A stretch of 64,000 bases of DNA from an uncultured bacterium (GTDB taxonomy: Bacteria; Desulfobacterota_D; UBA1144; Nemesobacterales; UBA2774): the NCBI GenBank assembly GCA_963705505.1, contig CAVPJU010000006.1:332446-396445 (forward strand), written 5' to 3'. How positions within the stretch are numbered: position 1 is the stretch's first letter; every line of letters begins with the position of its first letter. The notes under the pieces are model-generated. The model was not told the DNA's origin. It made no database searches and worked only from the letters and a program-made list of their open reading frames with translations. Below, piece by piece: positions 1-10,370 of this stretch. The translations under genes and the position numbers were made by a program.

Positions 1-925
1 AGATAAAATCGAGCAGGGTCGTTTTCTCGCCGTCGAGTATTGGTGTATCGAGACGTGCGGCGTCATTCGTGGACTCGAGGATCCTCTTCACTCCCTCGAC
101 TGAAATTCCGGCGACTTCGGCTACTTCTTCGGGCATCGGCTTTCTGCCCAGCTCCTTATGGAGCATGGAGCTAATTCTGTAAACCTTGCTTGCCTGCTCG
201 AGTACGTATACGGGAACCCTGATAGTCCTCGTCTGATCGAGCAGAGCCCTGGAAATGGCCTGATGTATCCACCAGGATGCATACGTGGAGAATTTGTAAC
301 CCTTGGTATGATCGAACCTCTCTACCGCGCGCATCAGACCCACGTTCCCTTCCTGAATCAGGTCGGTCAGAGGGAGACCGCGGCCCATATACCTTTTCGA
401 TATGCTGACCACGAGCCTGAGGTTGGCCTTCACGAACCTTTCCTTCAAGTCAAGTGCGCGCTCCGAATATACCTTTACGAACGCCATGAGGCTTTCGATT
501 CTCTTGGTCAGCTCTTTTACACCGATAGATCCATTGCCGGTCTTTTTCTTACCTGTAAACCCTTCCACTTTCTTCGAGAGTTTCTGTATGTGAGAAGTCA
601 GCTCCCTTGACTTGGATTCGCACTTCTTAATCTGCGCGGAAACCTCTATTTCCTCTTTCGCTGTCAATAGGGATTCAACCGCCATATCCTTGAAATAGAC
701 GTATAGAAGCCTGAACTGCTCGTCCGGAGTCCATTCTTCTTCCTGGTCCTCAACGGAAGTATTGTCTTCGAGCTCAAAGCCGAAATCCGATTCTTCGCTT
801 TCTATTATCACATCATCTCTGAAGCCGAGAGAAGAAAACGATTCATCATCCTGCTCGTGAAAATTTTCGATGCTTTCGATTTCCGGACCTACGTGCTCAA
901 CTTCTCTGAATTTAGCCGATTTCAT
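1..925 (-). CDS. RNA polymerase sigma-70 family sigma factor (RpoD/RpoS-like), partial; C-terminus lies beyond the window start
   Basis: Minus-strand translation gives an acidic N-terminal region followed by ...RYMGRGLPLTDLIQEGNVGLMRAVERFDHTKGYKFSTYASWWIHQAISRAL...RTIRVPVYVLE..., i.e. sigma-70 regions 2-3. ATG at 925 is preceded by AAGGTG. There is no in-frame stop before position 1. The + strand ORF 158..610 is antisense to this gene and spurious. Confidence 0.8.
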   Translation of the reverse strand, partial: MKSAKFREVEHVGPEIESIENFHEQDDESFSSLGFRDDVIIESEESDFGFELEDNTSVEDQEEEWTPDEQFRLLYVYFKDMAVESLLTAKEEIEVSAQIKKCESKSRELTSHIQKLSKKVEGFTGKKKTGNGSIGVKELTKRIESLMAFVKVYSERALDLKERFVKANLRLVVSISKRYMGRGLPLTDLIQEGNVGLMRAVERFDHTKGYKFSTYASWWIHQAISRALLDQTRTIRVPVYVLEQASKVYRISSMLHKELGRKPMPEEVAEVAGISVEGVKRILESTNDAARLDTPILDGEKTTLLDFI

Positions 926-1162
926 TCTCACACCTTTCCCACACCTTTTAATTATTTTGAATTGTAATGCTATTTTAAGCTGATAACGCCCTAACTATAT
1001 TAATATACGGTTTGAAGGATTCATTGTCAAGTGAATTCTTCGCAAATGCAAAATTCCAGATATCGTATATATTTGGCAATGATTCAGGGCAGTAACAATA
1101 TCAAACTATAATCAATATACGCAGAAGCTAACAAAATATCAAGGTCCCCGTTAATAATGAAA

Positions 1163-1969
1163 TCACTCACCTGTTTTTTCGCTTTTCTCCCAAGATTCGT
1201 TAAAGACGGTTTTCTTTCCGAGGGTTTCGACATAAGCTTCCTTACCCTCGCTCCTTTTAAATATAGCTGATTGGCTCCAGGCCTGCTCGATGCTGCTGTA
1301 TTTCCCGATTTTAACCAGGTTCCAGGTCTCTCCCCTGGAATTTTCGACCTGAACCGTATAGGCATTAAATCCCTTGCTGCGATATTCATTTACGGCCTTC
1401 TCAGCGTCGGCCTTATCGGCGAATGCCCCTACCTGAAGCGTATATCTGCCTTTTCCCGTTTGCTCGGTTTGACTTGTTTCAGCTTTTGCCGCGTCGGGAG
1501 ACGTATTTCCGGGCTCAGCGGGAGCCGTCTCTTCCCCTATTTTAGACTCCCCGGACATCTGATTGGGATCAATGGAAGTAAGACCGGAATCAGCTTTTTT
1601 CTCATTGCTATTCTCACTGACGGAAAGAACGGGCTCTGCTGAAGTTAACTCTTCCGATATCTGCTTCTCTTCCGTAAATACAGCCTGCTCATCAGGAGAT
1701 GTGTTTTTTTCGCCGACCGGAACTTCATCCTTATACACAAAAGACTCGGTGCTTTTTTCATATTTCACAGGGCTCCGGTCGATTGTGCTTTCCTTTGTTA
1801 CCTGCGGGGGCTCACTGCCGATGAGACCCAGGTCATCGATCTTGGTCCCGACATAGACACCTACAAAGAAGACTACGAGGAACGTAAGAAAAGACCAGAA
1901 TCCCCCGCCGAGGCCGCGTCTTCTTCTCCCCGAATCAGCTAACATAAGTTTTGGTTTAAGCTCTCTCAT
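1163..1969 (-). CDS. SPOR-domain protein, N-terminal TM with a Ser/Glu/Pro-rich linker and C-terminal SPOR peptidoglycan-binding domain (cell-division associated)
   Basis: C-terminal segment YTLQVGAF...KAVNEYRSKGFNAYTV...WNLVKIGKY is a SPOR-like fold. Start is set at MRELKPK (1969) because the longer track ORF would overlap the tRNA at 1991-2075. Confidence 0.65.
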   Translation of the reverse strand: MRELKPKLMLADSGRRRRGLGGGFWSFLTFLVVFFVGVYVGTKIDDLGLIGSEPPQVTKESTIDRSPVKYEKSTESFVYKDEVPVGEKNTSPDEQAVFTEEKQISEELTSAEPVLSVSENSNEKKADSGLTSIDPNQMSGESKIGEETAPAEPGNTSPDAAKAETSQTEQTGKGRYTLQVGAFADKADAEKAVNEYRSKGFNAYTVQVENSRGETWNLVKIGKYSSIEQAWSQSAIFKRSEGKEAYVETLGKKTVFNESWEKSEKTGE

Positions 1970-1990
1970 ATTGAACTCGCTCACATTTCG

Positions 1991-2075
1991 TGCCGAAGGG
2001 GGGATTTGAACCCCCACGAGCTAGCGCCCACTGGATCCTGAATCCAGCGCGTCTACCAAGTTCCGCCACTTCGGC
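1991..2075 (-). tRNA. tRNA-Leu (anticodon CAG), type II with long variable arm
   Basis: The reverse complement folds as a cloverleaf. The acceptor stem GCCGAAG/CTTCGGC is 7 bp. The anticodon loop is TTCAGGA, giving anticodon CAG. The T-arm is GGGGG-TTCAAAT-CCCCC and the variable arm is about 15 nt. It is near-identical in form to E. coli tRNA-Leu(CAG). CCA is not encoded. Confidence 0.9.
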
Positions 2076-2306
2076 GATTTAAGGCTTGAATGACCCTTGA
2101 CCCGTTAAGTCGTAAGCTTATCATACATAATCACTGCCCGCTAGGGTTTTTCAAAGGAATTTACTCGCACTACCCCTATAACATTAGTTTTTTCAAAGAG
2201 TCCGAGCCCGGCAGCGGCTTCTTCGGAGGGGGGTTTCAAACCCCTCCCCACGCATAAAGTTGTACAATCGGTCCGGGGCATATGTAATTTTCTGCCGAAT
2301 ACCGAG

Positions 2307-2741
2307 TCAGATGCTTCCCCAGGACACTATTCTCTCCGGGACGATTTTGATGACCGGCAGTCCCGCCTTATCGAGCTTCATTTTTTTGTATTGAGGGTAC
2401 TTTACACAGAGGATGCCGAGTGAACTCTGATACTCGTCGCCGCTCCGGATCACCTCCGCAAAACCGTAAACTATGAGGTAGTAAAGCTTCTTCCAGTCCT
2501 CGCAGTACTTATCCATAACAAGCGATACGCGGGGGTTCAACAGTATGTTCCTGATCCGCTTCAATTCCCCCGCAGGGACTTTCTTGGGCTTTTTATCTAT
2601 GGGAGTAAATATAAAGCGGCCGTCATAGGCGAAACAGACAGGGACAACGAGGGGCCTGCCGGACTCGTCCGCTGTCGCCATCCTGGCAACCCTGCTCGAG
2701 AGGATTATGCTCCTTTCGTTCTCGGTCGGTATTGCTATCAA
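2307..2741 (-). CDS. Pyridoxamine 5'-phosphate oxidase family protein (PPOX class, probably F420-dependent)
   Basis: 144-aa split-barrel PNPOx-like protein (…RMATADESGRPLVVPVCFAYDGRFIFTPIDKK…). Confidence 0.65.
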   Translation of the reverse strand: MIAIPTENERSIILSSRVARMATADESGRPLVVPVCFAYDGRFIFTPIDKKPKKVPAGELKRIRNILLNPRVSLVMDKYCEDWKKLYYLIVYGFAEVIRSGDEYQSSLGILCVKYPQYKKMKLDKAGLPVIKIVPERIVSWGSI

Positions 2742-2850
2742 GCTTCCTTTTCCGGGGCAGCGGCCTGAACTTGAATTATCATTTATCTATTTTATAATAC
2801 CTTGTTTTTCGTTTCGAATATCGCGTTTTTATATTTTCATGTGAGATCAA

Positions 2851-3792
2851 ATGGACAATGCAAAGATTTTTTGCGGGACTTCGAACGTTCCGTTGGCAAA
2901 AGCTATATGCAAATACCTTGACGTCCCCCTCGGAAAAGCCGAGGTCAGGAGATTCAGCGACGGGGAGTTGTTCACCGAAATTTCAGAAAGCGTGCGCGGC
3001 TCTCACGTATTCGTGATCCAATCCACGTGTCCGCCGACAAACGAGCACATCATGGAGCTACTGATTCTGACCGATGCCCTGAAAAGGGCGTCCGCAAGGG
3101 TAATTACCGCCGTGATCCCTTACTACGGCTATGCAAGGCAGGACAGAAAAGTCCAGCCGAGGGCCCCTATCTCCGCTAAGCTGGTTGCGGACCTGATCAC
3201 CACCGCCGGCATAAGCAGAGTGGTTACGGTGGACCTCCATGCCGGGCAGATTCAGGGGTTTTTCAACATCCCCGTAGACCATGTTTACGCGACACCCGTA
3301 TTCATCGATTATATCAAGAAGAGATTCAACAAAGAAGACATGGTTATCGTTTCTCCGGACGCCGGGGGAATGGAGAGAGCGAGGTCCTACGCGAAAATAC
3401 TAGATTCCGGACTCGCAATGACGGACAAAAGACGCCCCAATCCGAACGAGGCGGAGATCATGAACGTAATAGGCGACGTCGAAGGGAAAGAGGTAATCCT
3501 GGTCGACGATCTCGTGGATACAGCGGGGACTGCCATACAGGCGAGCAAGGCTCTAATGAGGGAAGGGGCAAAAAGCGTTACCCTTTGCAGCACACACGGG
3601 GTGCTTTCCGGCAATGCAATCGAAAAAATAAAGCAGTCCGACCTCGAGGAAATAATAATTACGGATACCATCGCCCCGTCGGAGCAAGCCGTCGCCTGCG
3701 ATAAAATCAAGGTGATAACTATTTCCAACCTTTTGGGTGAGGCAATAAAAAGAATTTCAACGGGCGAGTCGATCAGCAGCCTGTTCAGCTAA
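2851..3792 (+). CDS. prs: Ribose-phosphate pyrophosphokinase (PRPP synthetase)
   Basis: 313 aa: MDNAKIFCGTSN...RFSDGE...VDLHAGQIQGFF...DLVDTAGT. Lies in the conserved prs-rplY-pth arrangement. Confidence 0.95.
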   Translation: MDNAKIFCGTSNVPLAKAICKYLDVPLGKAEVRRFSDGELFTEISESVRGSHVFVIQSTCPPTNEHIMELLILTDALKRASARVITAVIPYYGYARQDRKVQPRAPISAKLVADLITTAGISRVVTVDLHAGQIQGFFNIPVDHVYATPVFIDYIKKRFNKEDMVIVSPDAGGMERARSYAKILDSGLAMTDKRRPNPNEAEIMNVIGDVEGKEVILVDDLVDTAGTAIQASKALMREGAKSVTLCSTHGVLSGNAIEKIKQSDLEEIIITDTIAPSEQAVACDKIKVITISNLLGEAIKRISTGESISSLFS

Positions 3793-3813
3793 AACAAGAG
3801 TAAGGAGCATAAA

Positions 3814-4470
3814 ATGGCACAGAACACTTTGGAAGTATCGATAAGGAAGAGACCCGGAAAAAGCGGGGCAAGAGAAATCAGAAAAGGGGGAGGCATACCG
3901 GCGATACTTTACGGAAAAGGCACAGAGCCGACACCGTTAGTCGTAAATCCGGCGGCATTGAAGCAGGCGCTCTCGACTGAAGCAGGAGAAAACACGCTCC
4001 TCGAAATTACCTTCAATGACGGTTCGCAGGAAATCAAGAAGCTTTCTCTCCTGCGCGAAATTCAATACGATTTCCTCACGAGCAAGCCCATACACTTCGA
4101 TTTCCAGGCCCTCGACATCAACAAAAAGATAACCGTAGACGTCCCTGTCAAGATCGTCGGAAAGTCAAAAGGCGTCAAAGAAGGCGGCATACTGGAAGAA
4201 ATACTGCGCGAGATACCGGTCGAATGTCTGCCGAAAGACATTCCGAATTCATTCGAGATAGACGTAACGGATCTGGACATCGGCCATTCCATACACGTGA
4301 GCGCACTCAAGGGCTCGGACAACTTTAACATCCTGAAAGACGACGAAGAAACGATAGTGACGATTTTAGCGCCGAAGATGGAAGTTGAAGCGCCTGCGCC
4401 AGCGGCGGTAGAGGGAGTAGCGGAAAAGGCGGCTGAAGGCGAAGAGAAAGAGGAAGGCAGTGAAGAGTAG
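3814..4470 (+). CDS. rplY: 50S ribosomal protein L25 / general stress protein Ctc
   Basis: N-terminus LEVSIRKRPGKSGAREIRKGGGIPAILYG with an acidic C-terminal tail; sits between prs and pth. Confidence 0.9.
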   Translation: MAQNTLEVSIRKRPGKSGAREIRKGGGIPAILYGKGTEPTPLVVNPAALKQALSTEAGENTLLEITFNDGSQEIKKLSLLREIQYDFLTSKPIHFDFQALDINKKITVDVPVKIVGKSKGVKEGGILEEILREIPVECLPKDIPNSFEIDVTDLDIGHSIHVSALKGSDNFNILKDDEETIVTILAPKMEVEAPAPAAVEGVAEKAAEGEEKEEGSEE

Positions 4471-4479
4471 TCAGGGAAA

Positions 4480-5082
4480 ATGATATTGGTAGCGGGACTG
4501 GGAAATCCCGGAAGTGAATATGCTTCTACGAAGCATAACCTCGGGTATTTGACCGTGGATGAAATAGGTAAAAGGGTTGGAGTCGATTTAAAGAAGAAAA
4601 AGTTCAACGGAGTATTCGGAGAAGGGTCTTTTAACAACGACAAACTGCTTCTTCTCAAACCGGAGACGTATATGAACCGGAGCGGAGAATCGGTTTCCAG
4701 TGCAGTAAACTTCTATCATATACCCACCGAAAATATAATAGTCGTGCACGATGAGCTCGACCTGCCGACAGGAACAGTAAGGATTAAGGCCGGGGGAGGG
4801 AGCGCCGGCCATAAAGGCGTTGTATCCATAATCGGAGAGCTGGGAAGCGGGGATTTCGTACGAATAAGGATAGGAATCGGAAAACCCCGATCGAAATCCG
4901 GCACCGTCAGCCACGTGCTGTCTCAGTTTAAAAAGGAAGAAAACAAAATCGTACAGGAATCCGTTTTGAGAGCGGCCGACGCGGTCTTGGAAATCATTCG
5001 GCATGGACTGGGAGAGGCAATGAACAAATTCAACGCAAGGGCGGAAGACGAAGATAACGCCGGTCAGACAAATGACCTATAA
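4480..5082 (+). CDS. pth: Peptidyl-tRNA hydrolase
   Basis: MILVAGLGNPGSEYASTKHNLGY... is the canonical Pth N-terminus. Confidence 0.95.
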   Translation: MILVAGLGNPGSEYASTKHNLGYLTVDEIGKRVGVDLKKKKFNGVFGEGSFNNDKLLLLKPETYMNRSGESVSSAVNFYHIPTENIIVVHDELDLPTGTVRIKAGGGSAGHKGVVSIIGELGSGDFVRIRIGIGKPRSKSGTVSHVLSQFKKEENKIVQESVLRAADAVLEIIRHGLGEAMNKFNARAEDEDNAGQTNDL

Positions 5083-5102
5083 ATTAGAGGAGGCGTCATA
5101 AA

Positions 5103-7145
5103 ATGGGAGAAGTAATAGCAGCTCTCTTCGGAACCATATTGGGACTAGCCGTGCTGGCATACGCCTTTTTGGTGTACCGCGAGATAAAATCCTTTCCCGC
5201 AGGAAACGACAAGATGAAGGAAATCTCCGCGGCAATATCCGAGGGAGCGATGGTATTTCTAAGCCGTGAATACAGGATAATCGGGATATTCGTAATTATA
5301 GTTTTCATACTGCTTGCCATTTTTATCGGCCGGAATACCGCGATCGCATATGTGGGCGGGGCCGTGTGCTCTCTGACCGCCGGATTTTTCGGAATGAAGG
5401 CGGCGACGAAAGCCAACGTAAGGACAGCCCACGCTGCGGCTGCGGAAGGACAGGGGAAAGCGCTAATAGTAGCTTTTAAGGGCGGTAACGTAATGGGCCT
5501 TTCGGTAGCGGGTATAGGGCTCCTCGGCCTCTCGATTGCGTTTGCTTTGGGTATAGGGCTTCCGTCGAACCCGCAGGACGCAGCGGGTCTCGCGCTCTTT
5601 GCTCATAGGTTCGGAGCGATAATCGGCGGTTTTGCCCTGGGCGCAAGCTCTGTCGCGCTCTTTGCCAGGATAGGCGGAGGCATCTTTACAAAGGGGGCCG
5701 ATGTCGGCGCCGACCTCGTGGGTAAGGTCGAAGCGGGGATTCCGGAGGACGACCCCAGAAACCCGGCCACCATTGCCGACGACGTCGGAGACAACGTCGG
5801 GGATGTAGCGGGTATGGGAGCAGACCTCTTCGAGTCCTATGTGGGCGCCGTGGTTGCGACAATCATCATCGCCGCCAGCTACGGTAAAAACGAAATCGCT
5901 CTGATGGCAATACCAATAATTCTTATAGCAATAGGAAGTTTCTCATCAATAATAGGCGCCAAAAGCGTTGAATGGATGAAAGACCTTGAGCCGCAGATTG
6001 TCCTGAGGCGGGCGACCTTCTACACCGGAGGCATCTACCTTGCCGCTTCTTTGGTCGTGCTCCTCATTGTCGGTCTTGTCGACGGTATAGGGGGCTACAT
6101 AATTTGGATTTGGCTGGCTTCGGTACTGGGACTCCTCGCCGGTATCGCAATCGGACTGCTCACGGAATATTACACCTCCGGCTCGCCTGTCAGAAAAATC
6201 GCGGAGGCTTCCCAGACGGGTGCCGCAACTAACATAATCCAGGGTATTTCAGTCGGCATGATAAGCACCACGCTACCCGTTATCGCAATCGCGATCGCGA
6301 TCGGTCTCTCGTACTCTTTCGCCGGACTATACGGGATAGGCATTGCATCCGTGAGTATGCTGGCCACGATAGGAATAACGATGTCCGTCGACGCATACGG
6401 TCCTGTCGCGGATAACGCAGGCGGCATCACGGAAATGTCCGGACTCGGTCACGACGTGAGAAAAATTACAGACAAGCTCGATTCGCTCGGAAAGACGACG
6501 GCCGCTACCGGAAAAGGGTTCGCCATCGGTTCCGCGGCGCTCACCGCACTCGCACTTTTCGCCGCATTCACAAAGGCCGTCGGGCTCGAGTCGATAGACC
6601 TCACGAAAAGTCATGTAGTCACCGGCATGCTCCTTGGCGGCACCGTGCCGTTTCTTCTCGCGGCACTTACGATGGGCGCCGTAGGAAGAACGGCTCAAAA
6701 GATGGTTGAAGAGGTGAGAAGGCAGTTCCGTGAGATCACGGGACTTCTCCAGGGGGAGGCAAAGCCCGATTACGCCTCATGCATAGGGATAAGCACCGAT
6801 GCGGCGCTCAGGGAAATGGTTGTTCCGGGTGTAATTGCCATTATCGCCCCGATTGCCATCGGCTTCATTCTCGGCGCGGAGGGTCTCGGGGGGTTCCTGG
6901 CGGGATCAATCGTGACCGGAGTAGTGCTCGCGCTTATGATGGCTAATTCGGGAGGGGCATGGGACAACGCGAGGAAATATATCGAAGAAGGCAACCTCGG
7001 AGGAAAAGGGTCGGAAGCCCACAAAGCGGCAGTCGTCGGCGACACCGTAGGCGATCCGTTTAAGGATACATCGGGGCCGGCCATGAATATCCTGATAAAG
7101 CTCATGTCGATAGTTGCGGTCGTTATTGCCCCGCTTTTGATTTAA
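5103..7145 (+). CDS. hppA: Membrane-bound proton-translocating inorganic pyrophosphatase (V-type H+-PPase)
   Basis: 680 aa, polytopic, with GGG...[11 protein letters not shown] and [21 protein letters not shown] motifs and the C-terminal [14 protein letters not shown] motif. The many minus-strand ORFs inside it are spurious. Confidence 0.95.
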   Translation: MGEVIAALFGTILGLAVLAYAFLVYREIKSFPAGNDKMKEISAAISEGAMVFLSREYRIIGIFVIIVFILLAIFIGRNTAIAYVGGAVCSLTAGFFGMKAATKANVRTAHAAAAEGQGKALIVAFKGGNVMGLSVAGIGLLGLSIAFALGIGLPSNPQDAAGLALFAHRFGAIIGGFALGASSVALFARIGGGIFTKGADVGADLVGKVEAGIPEDDPRNPATIADDVGDNVGDVAGMGADLFESYVGAVVATIIIAASYGKNEIALMAIPIILIAIGSFSSIIGAKSVEWMKDLEPQIVLRRATFYTGGIYLAASLVVLLIVGLVDGIGGYIIWIWLASVLGLLAGIAIGLLTEYYTSGSPVRKIAEASQTGAATNIIQGISVGMISTTLPVIAIAIAIGLSYSFAGLYGIGIASVSMLATIGITMSVDAYGPVADNAGGITEMSGLGHDVRKITDKLDSLGKTTAATGKGFAIGSAALTALALFAAFTKAVGLESIDLTKSHVVTGMLLGGTVPFLLAALTMGAVGRTAQKMVEEVRRQFREITGLLQGEAKPDYASCIGISTDAALREMVVPGVIAIIAPIAIGFILGAEGLGGFLAGSIVTGVVLALMMANSGGAWDNARKYIEEGNLGGKGSEAHKAAVVGDTVGDPFKDTSGPAMNILIKLMSIVAVVIAPLLI

Positions 7146-7320
7146 GTGAATAACCGGGGCTTGGGTATCTATTTTTTCAATTATTCCGGCCAGGTTACAA
7201 GAAATATTCACAATTCGGATTTTACAGGTACAATATTCCAGTTAAAAATCTGTCGCTTCGGGGTGGCAAACAAGTCATAGACCCGGGGCCGCATAGACCG
7301 AGACAGGAGGTTAGTGAAAT

Positions 7321-7710
7321 ATGGCGATCAAGCCAAACTATTACGAGACACTTTATGTGGTGAGACCCGATATAAAGGACGAAGAGCTGGCTAAGATACA
7401 GCAGAGGCTCAATGAAACCTTGGCGGCTTATGAAGGCGAGATCATTAAGTCCGATAAATGGGCTCAAAGGGAGCTCGCGTACGAGATAAAGAATTACACG
7501 AGGGGCGTGTATTACATTATTGTGTTTAGAGCGCTTCCGGGAGCAGTGGCGGAGCTGGAAAGACATCTGAGGTTCTATAACAGCGATGTCCTCAGGTTCA
7601 TGACCGTAACAATAAGCGAAAACGCCGCAAAGAGAGAGAAACCCGCCCCGGAAGTCAAAAACCAGAATGAGCCTGCCGAAACGCCGGTCCAGGCCGAAGG
7701 AGAAAACTAA
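7321..7710 (+). CDS. rpsF: 30S ribosomal protein S6
   Basis: [17 protein letters not shown]...; stop overlaps the rpsR ATG (TAATG). Confidence 0.95.
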   Translation: MAIKPNYYETLYVVRPDIKDEELAKIQQRLNETLAAYEGEIIKSDKWAQRELAYEIKNYTRGVYYIIVFRALPGAVAELERHLRFYNSDVLRFMTVTISENAAKREKPAPEVKNQNEPAETPVQAEGEN

Positions 7711-7946
7711 TGGAATCACCTCGCGACAAAAAATATTTTGCAAAAAAGAAGGTATGCAGGTTCTGCGCCGAATCGATTGAAATGGATTATAAGAATGCCG
7801 ATCTCCTGTCAAGATATATAACGGACAGGAAAAAAATCGTTCCCAGAAGGAACTCCGGGCTCTGCGCGGGCTGCCAGAGAGAGCTGGCATCCGCAATAAA
7901 AAGAGCGCGCTTCATGGCTCTGCTGCCCTTTACCGTTCTCCATTAA
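7710..7946 (+). CDS. rpsR: 30S ribosomal protein S18
   Basis: KKVCRFCAE...[48 protein letters not shown]. Confidence 0.95.
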   Translation: MESPRDKKYFAKKKVCRFCAESIEMDYKNADLLSRYITDRKKIVPRRNSGLCAGCQRELASAIKRARFMALLPFTVLH

Positions 7947-8014
7947 TTGAAGAGAAAGCGGTTTTAGATATTCGTCACAGCGGTTTTATTGGAAAGTCTG
8001 GAGGTATAAGAACT

Positions 8015-8464
8015 ATGAAAGTGATATTTACTTCGGATGTCGAGGCAATTGGGAAGCAGGGGGAGATAAAGGACGTTAAGGACGGCCTGGCCAGAAACTT
8101 CCTTCTTCCCAAGAAGCTCGCTATAACGGCAACCCCGGGCAATATCAAAATCTGGGAGCAAAAAAGCGTTGCCATCAGGAAAAAGGAAGACAAGATAAAA
8201 GGGGACGCGCAAAAATTTGCGTCCAGACTAAACGGAATCGAAATTAAAATTCCGGTAAAAGTCGGCGAAGAAGAAAAAATATTCGGCTCGGTCACTTCCC
8301 AAAGCATTTCAGACGCACTGGGCGGACTCGGATACGAAGTCTCGAGAAAGCAAATCGACCTTGAAAGCCCGATAAAAACACTCGGGACGCACGAGGTAAC
8401 TATAAAGCTCTATCACGACGTAAACGCAGTTATCAAGGTTGAGGTCGTGGAAGAAGGTCAATAG
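8015..8464 (+). CDS. rplI: 50S ribosomal protein L9
   Basis: [36 protein letters not shown].... Confidence 0.95.
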   Translation: MKVIFTSDVEAIGKQGEIKDVKDGLARNFLLPKKLAITATPGNIKIWEQKSVAIRKKEDKIKGDAQKFASRLNGIEIKIPVKVGEEEKIFGSVTSQSISDALGGLGYEVSRKQIDLESPIKTLGTHEVTIKLYHDVNAVIKVEVVEEGQ

Positions 8465-8542
8465 TTAAATACCTTCCCTTGCCGGGCAAGTAGACTTCAG
8501 CAGGGTTTCAGCTTACACGACCGGGCGCAGACAGCCGGATCA

Positions 8543-9298
8543 TCACTTCTGCTTTAAAATATCCTGATATGTTATTTTCTCGTAACCTGCGGGAGGCTGA
8601 AACTCGCTCTGGGGTATATCCTGTTTTTTCACGCTTACGATCTCTTCAACGAAGACCTTATCGCTGTCGGGAGAGTGGTAAACCGCTTTCATCGTATAAC
8701 CGCCTTCGTTGATTTCCTTAAATATCTTATATTCGTCATCAGATATCGAGGCGGAGCCGCCGACATTCTGACTCATTCCTTTTAGGTCGCTCATTAGCTT
8801 CGACATCTTGTCGAGATCAATCTCTTGATAGAATACAGGATCATTGCTAACCCAATACTCGGACTGGAGCTTACCGTTTTCGTAGATTTCATACTTCTTG
8901 GAGTTGTAACCGGCGATACTGGCCGATTCGTCCGTTTTTTTCAGAGTTACCTTACGGTTTACATCCGTGTCGGTTTTATTTTCGGACATTACTGATCCCA
9001 TATATTTTATATATTCTTCTCTGTTGAGGAATATATAGAGTTTCTTTTCATGATTTACATACATTATATCTCCGGAATTTAAATCCATTATAACTGTAGG
9101 AGGAAAGGGTCCGCCGTTCTGAATTTGCTTCGATTTGTTATTCTGAAGGTAAATAGTAACAGATTGCTTATTCGAATCACCCTGCTGATAATCCACCTGC
9201 TCCATGACGAGACCCGCGTGCGCGATTTTCTCCAAACCGACGCTCGCAAAAAGGGCCGTGAACACCAACATATATAGAACCTTTACCTGCATTCGCAT
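8543..9298 (-). CDS. Hypothetical secreted protein (signal peptide; Lys/Asp/Glu-rich)
   Basis: 251-aa ORF with an N-terminal hydrophobic signal (VLYMLVFTALFASVGLEKIAHA). I recognise no family. Confidence 0.45.
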   Translation of the reverse strand: MRMQVKVLYMLVFTALFASVGLEKIAHAGLVMEQVDYQQGDSNKQSVTIYLQNNKSKQIQNGGPFPPTVIMDLNSGDIMYVNHEKKLYIFLNREEYIKYMGSVMSENKTDTDVNRKVTLKKTDESASIAGYNSKKYEIYENGKLQSEYWVSNDPVFYQEIDLDKMSKLMSDLKGMSQNVGGSASISDDEYKIFKEINEGGYTMKAVYHSPDSDKVFVEEIVSVKKQDIPQSEFQPPAGYEKITYQDILKQK

Positions 9299-9511
9299 TC
9301 AATTTACCTCCGGGAAAATTCTAAATATATACCCTCCAAAAACACAAATTATAAGATAACCTATTATTTCGGCAATCGCCACAGACCCGCCTCTCCGGGC
9401 TGCGTTTCCGGCCCCCTATCGTGTATAATAGTTTCTATTGACGCTCCCAGATTCTGTGATAGAGTAAACGGGTCTAAAGAGCCACTGCAATATTACGGAG
9501 GTACACATTTT

Positions 9512-10327
9512 ATGGCTGAATTTAAAATCAAGTTCGCGCCCGTCGGCGAAAAAGAGGTTACGAAGGCTATCGTCGAGGGTTTTGCGAACGAATTCAACGA
9601 ATATATATCGAGTGACGTGATTGTTGTGGGCGCAGGTCCGAGCGGCTTGGTGGCGGCCAAGGATATCGCGAAGCAGAAATATAAAGTCCTCCTGGTCGAG
9701 AGAATGAACTATCTCGGCGGCGGGTTCTGGATAGGGGGCTACCTGATGAACAAGGTCACAGTCAGAGAGCCGGGAAATCAGGTGTTAGATGAGATAGAAG
9801 TGCCTTACGAAGAGGTCCAGAAGGGACTCTACGTCGCGGACGGACCGTATGCTTGCTCCAAGCTCATAGCTATGACATGCGAAGCAGGCGCAAAAATAAG
9901 GAATATGACGATGTTCGACGACCTCGTGTACAGGGAGAACGGCAGGGTAGCCGGAATCGTTATTAACTGGACTCCCGTAGCCAACATGCCTAAGGAAATC
10001 ACCTGCCTCGACCCGATAGCCATCGAATCGAAGCTCGTAATAGACGCCACGGGGCATGACGCTTACTGCGTATCGAGGCTCGCTCAGCAGGGGCTCTACA
10101 AGAAACTGCCGGGTCACGGCTCGATGTGGGTGGAAAAGTCAGAAGACGCCCTCGTTGAATATACGGGGGAAGTTCATCCGGGACTCATCGCGTGCGGAAT
10201 GTCGGTAAATTCCATTTTCGGTCTCCCGAGAATGGGACCCACCTTCGGCGGAATGCTCCTTTCGGGCAAGAAAGCTGCCCAGGTCGCGATCGACATACTA
10301 AAGAAACAGGAACAGGCAAGGGCTTAA
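9512..10327 (+). CDS. thi4: Thiazole synthase Thi4 (sulfide-dependent, non-suicide type)
   Basis: FAD-binding VVGAGPSGLVAAKDIAK and the ...VIDATGHDAYCVSRL motif. The residue before GHD is Thr, not the suicide Cys of eukaryotic THI4. Confidence 0.85.
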   Translation: MAEFKIKFAPVGEKEVTKAIVEGFANEFNEYISSDVIVVGAGPSGLVAAKDIAKQKYKVLLVERMNYLGGGFWIGGYLMNKVTVREPGNQVLDEIEVPYEEVQKGLYVADGPYACSKLIAMTCEAGAKIRNMTMFDDLVYRENGRVAGIVINWTPVANMPKEITCLDPIAIESKLVIDATGHDAYCVSRLAQQGLYKKLPGHGSMWVEKSEDALVEYTGEVHPGLIACGMSVNSIFGLPRMGPTFGGMLLSGKKAAQVAIDILKKQEQARA

Positions 10328-10370
10328 ACAGAATATAAAGAGGGGAAGACAGGCTCTTTCCCTCATCTTA

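Noticed and set aside
158-610. 150-aa + strand ORF (and nested 402..593) near the window start
   Set aside because: Both are antisense to the sigma-70 gene, whose minus-strand translation gives conserved regions 2-3. They are spurious.
2226-2251. GC-rich hairpin GGAGGGGGG-TTTCAAA-CCCCTCCCC between the PPOX gene and tRNA-Leu; considered as a second tRNA or a terminator
   Set aside because: The loop TTTCAAA does not fit a T-loop (T-psi-C-R-A), and no D-arm or acceptor stem can be built. There is no U-tract on either strand for an intrinsic terminator. It stays a stable hairpin of unknown role.
9299-9511. Looked for a TPP riboswitch upstream of thi4
   Set aside because: No CUGAGA / ACCUGAUCUGGAUAAUGCCAGCG-like elements are present. 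Only a plausible sigma-70 promoter (TTGACG...TAGAGT) was seen.
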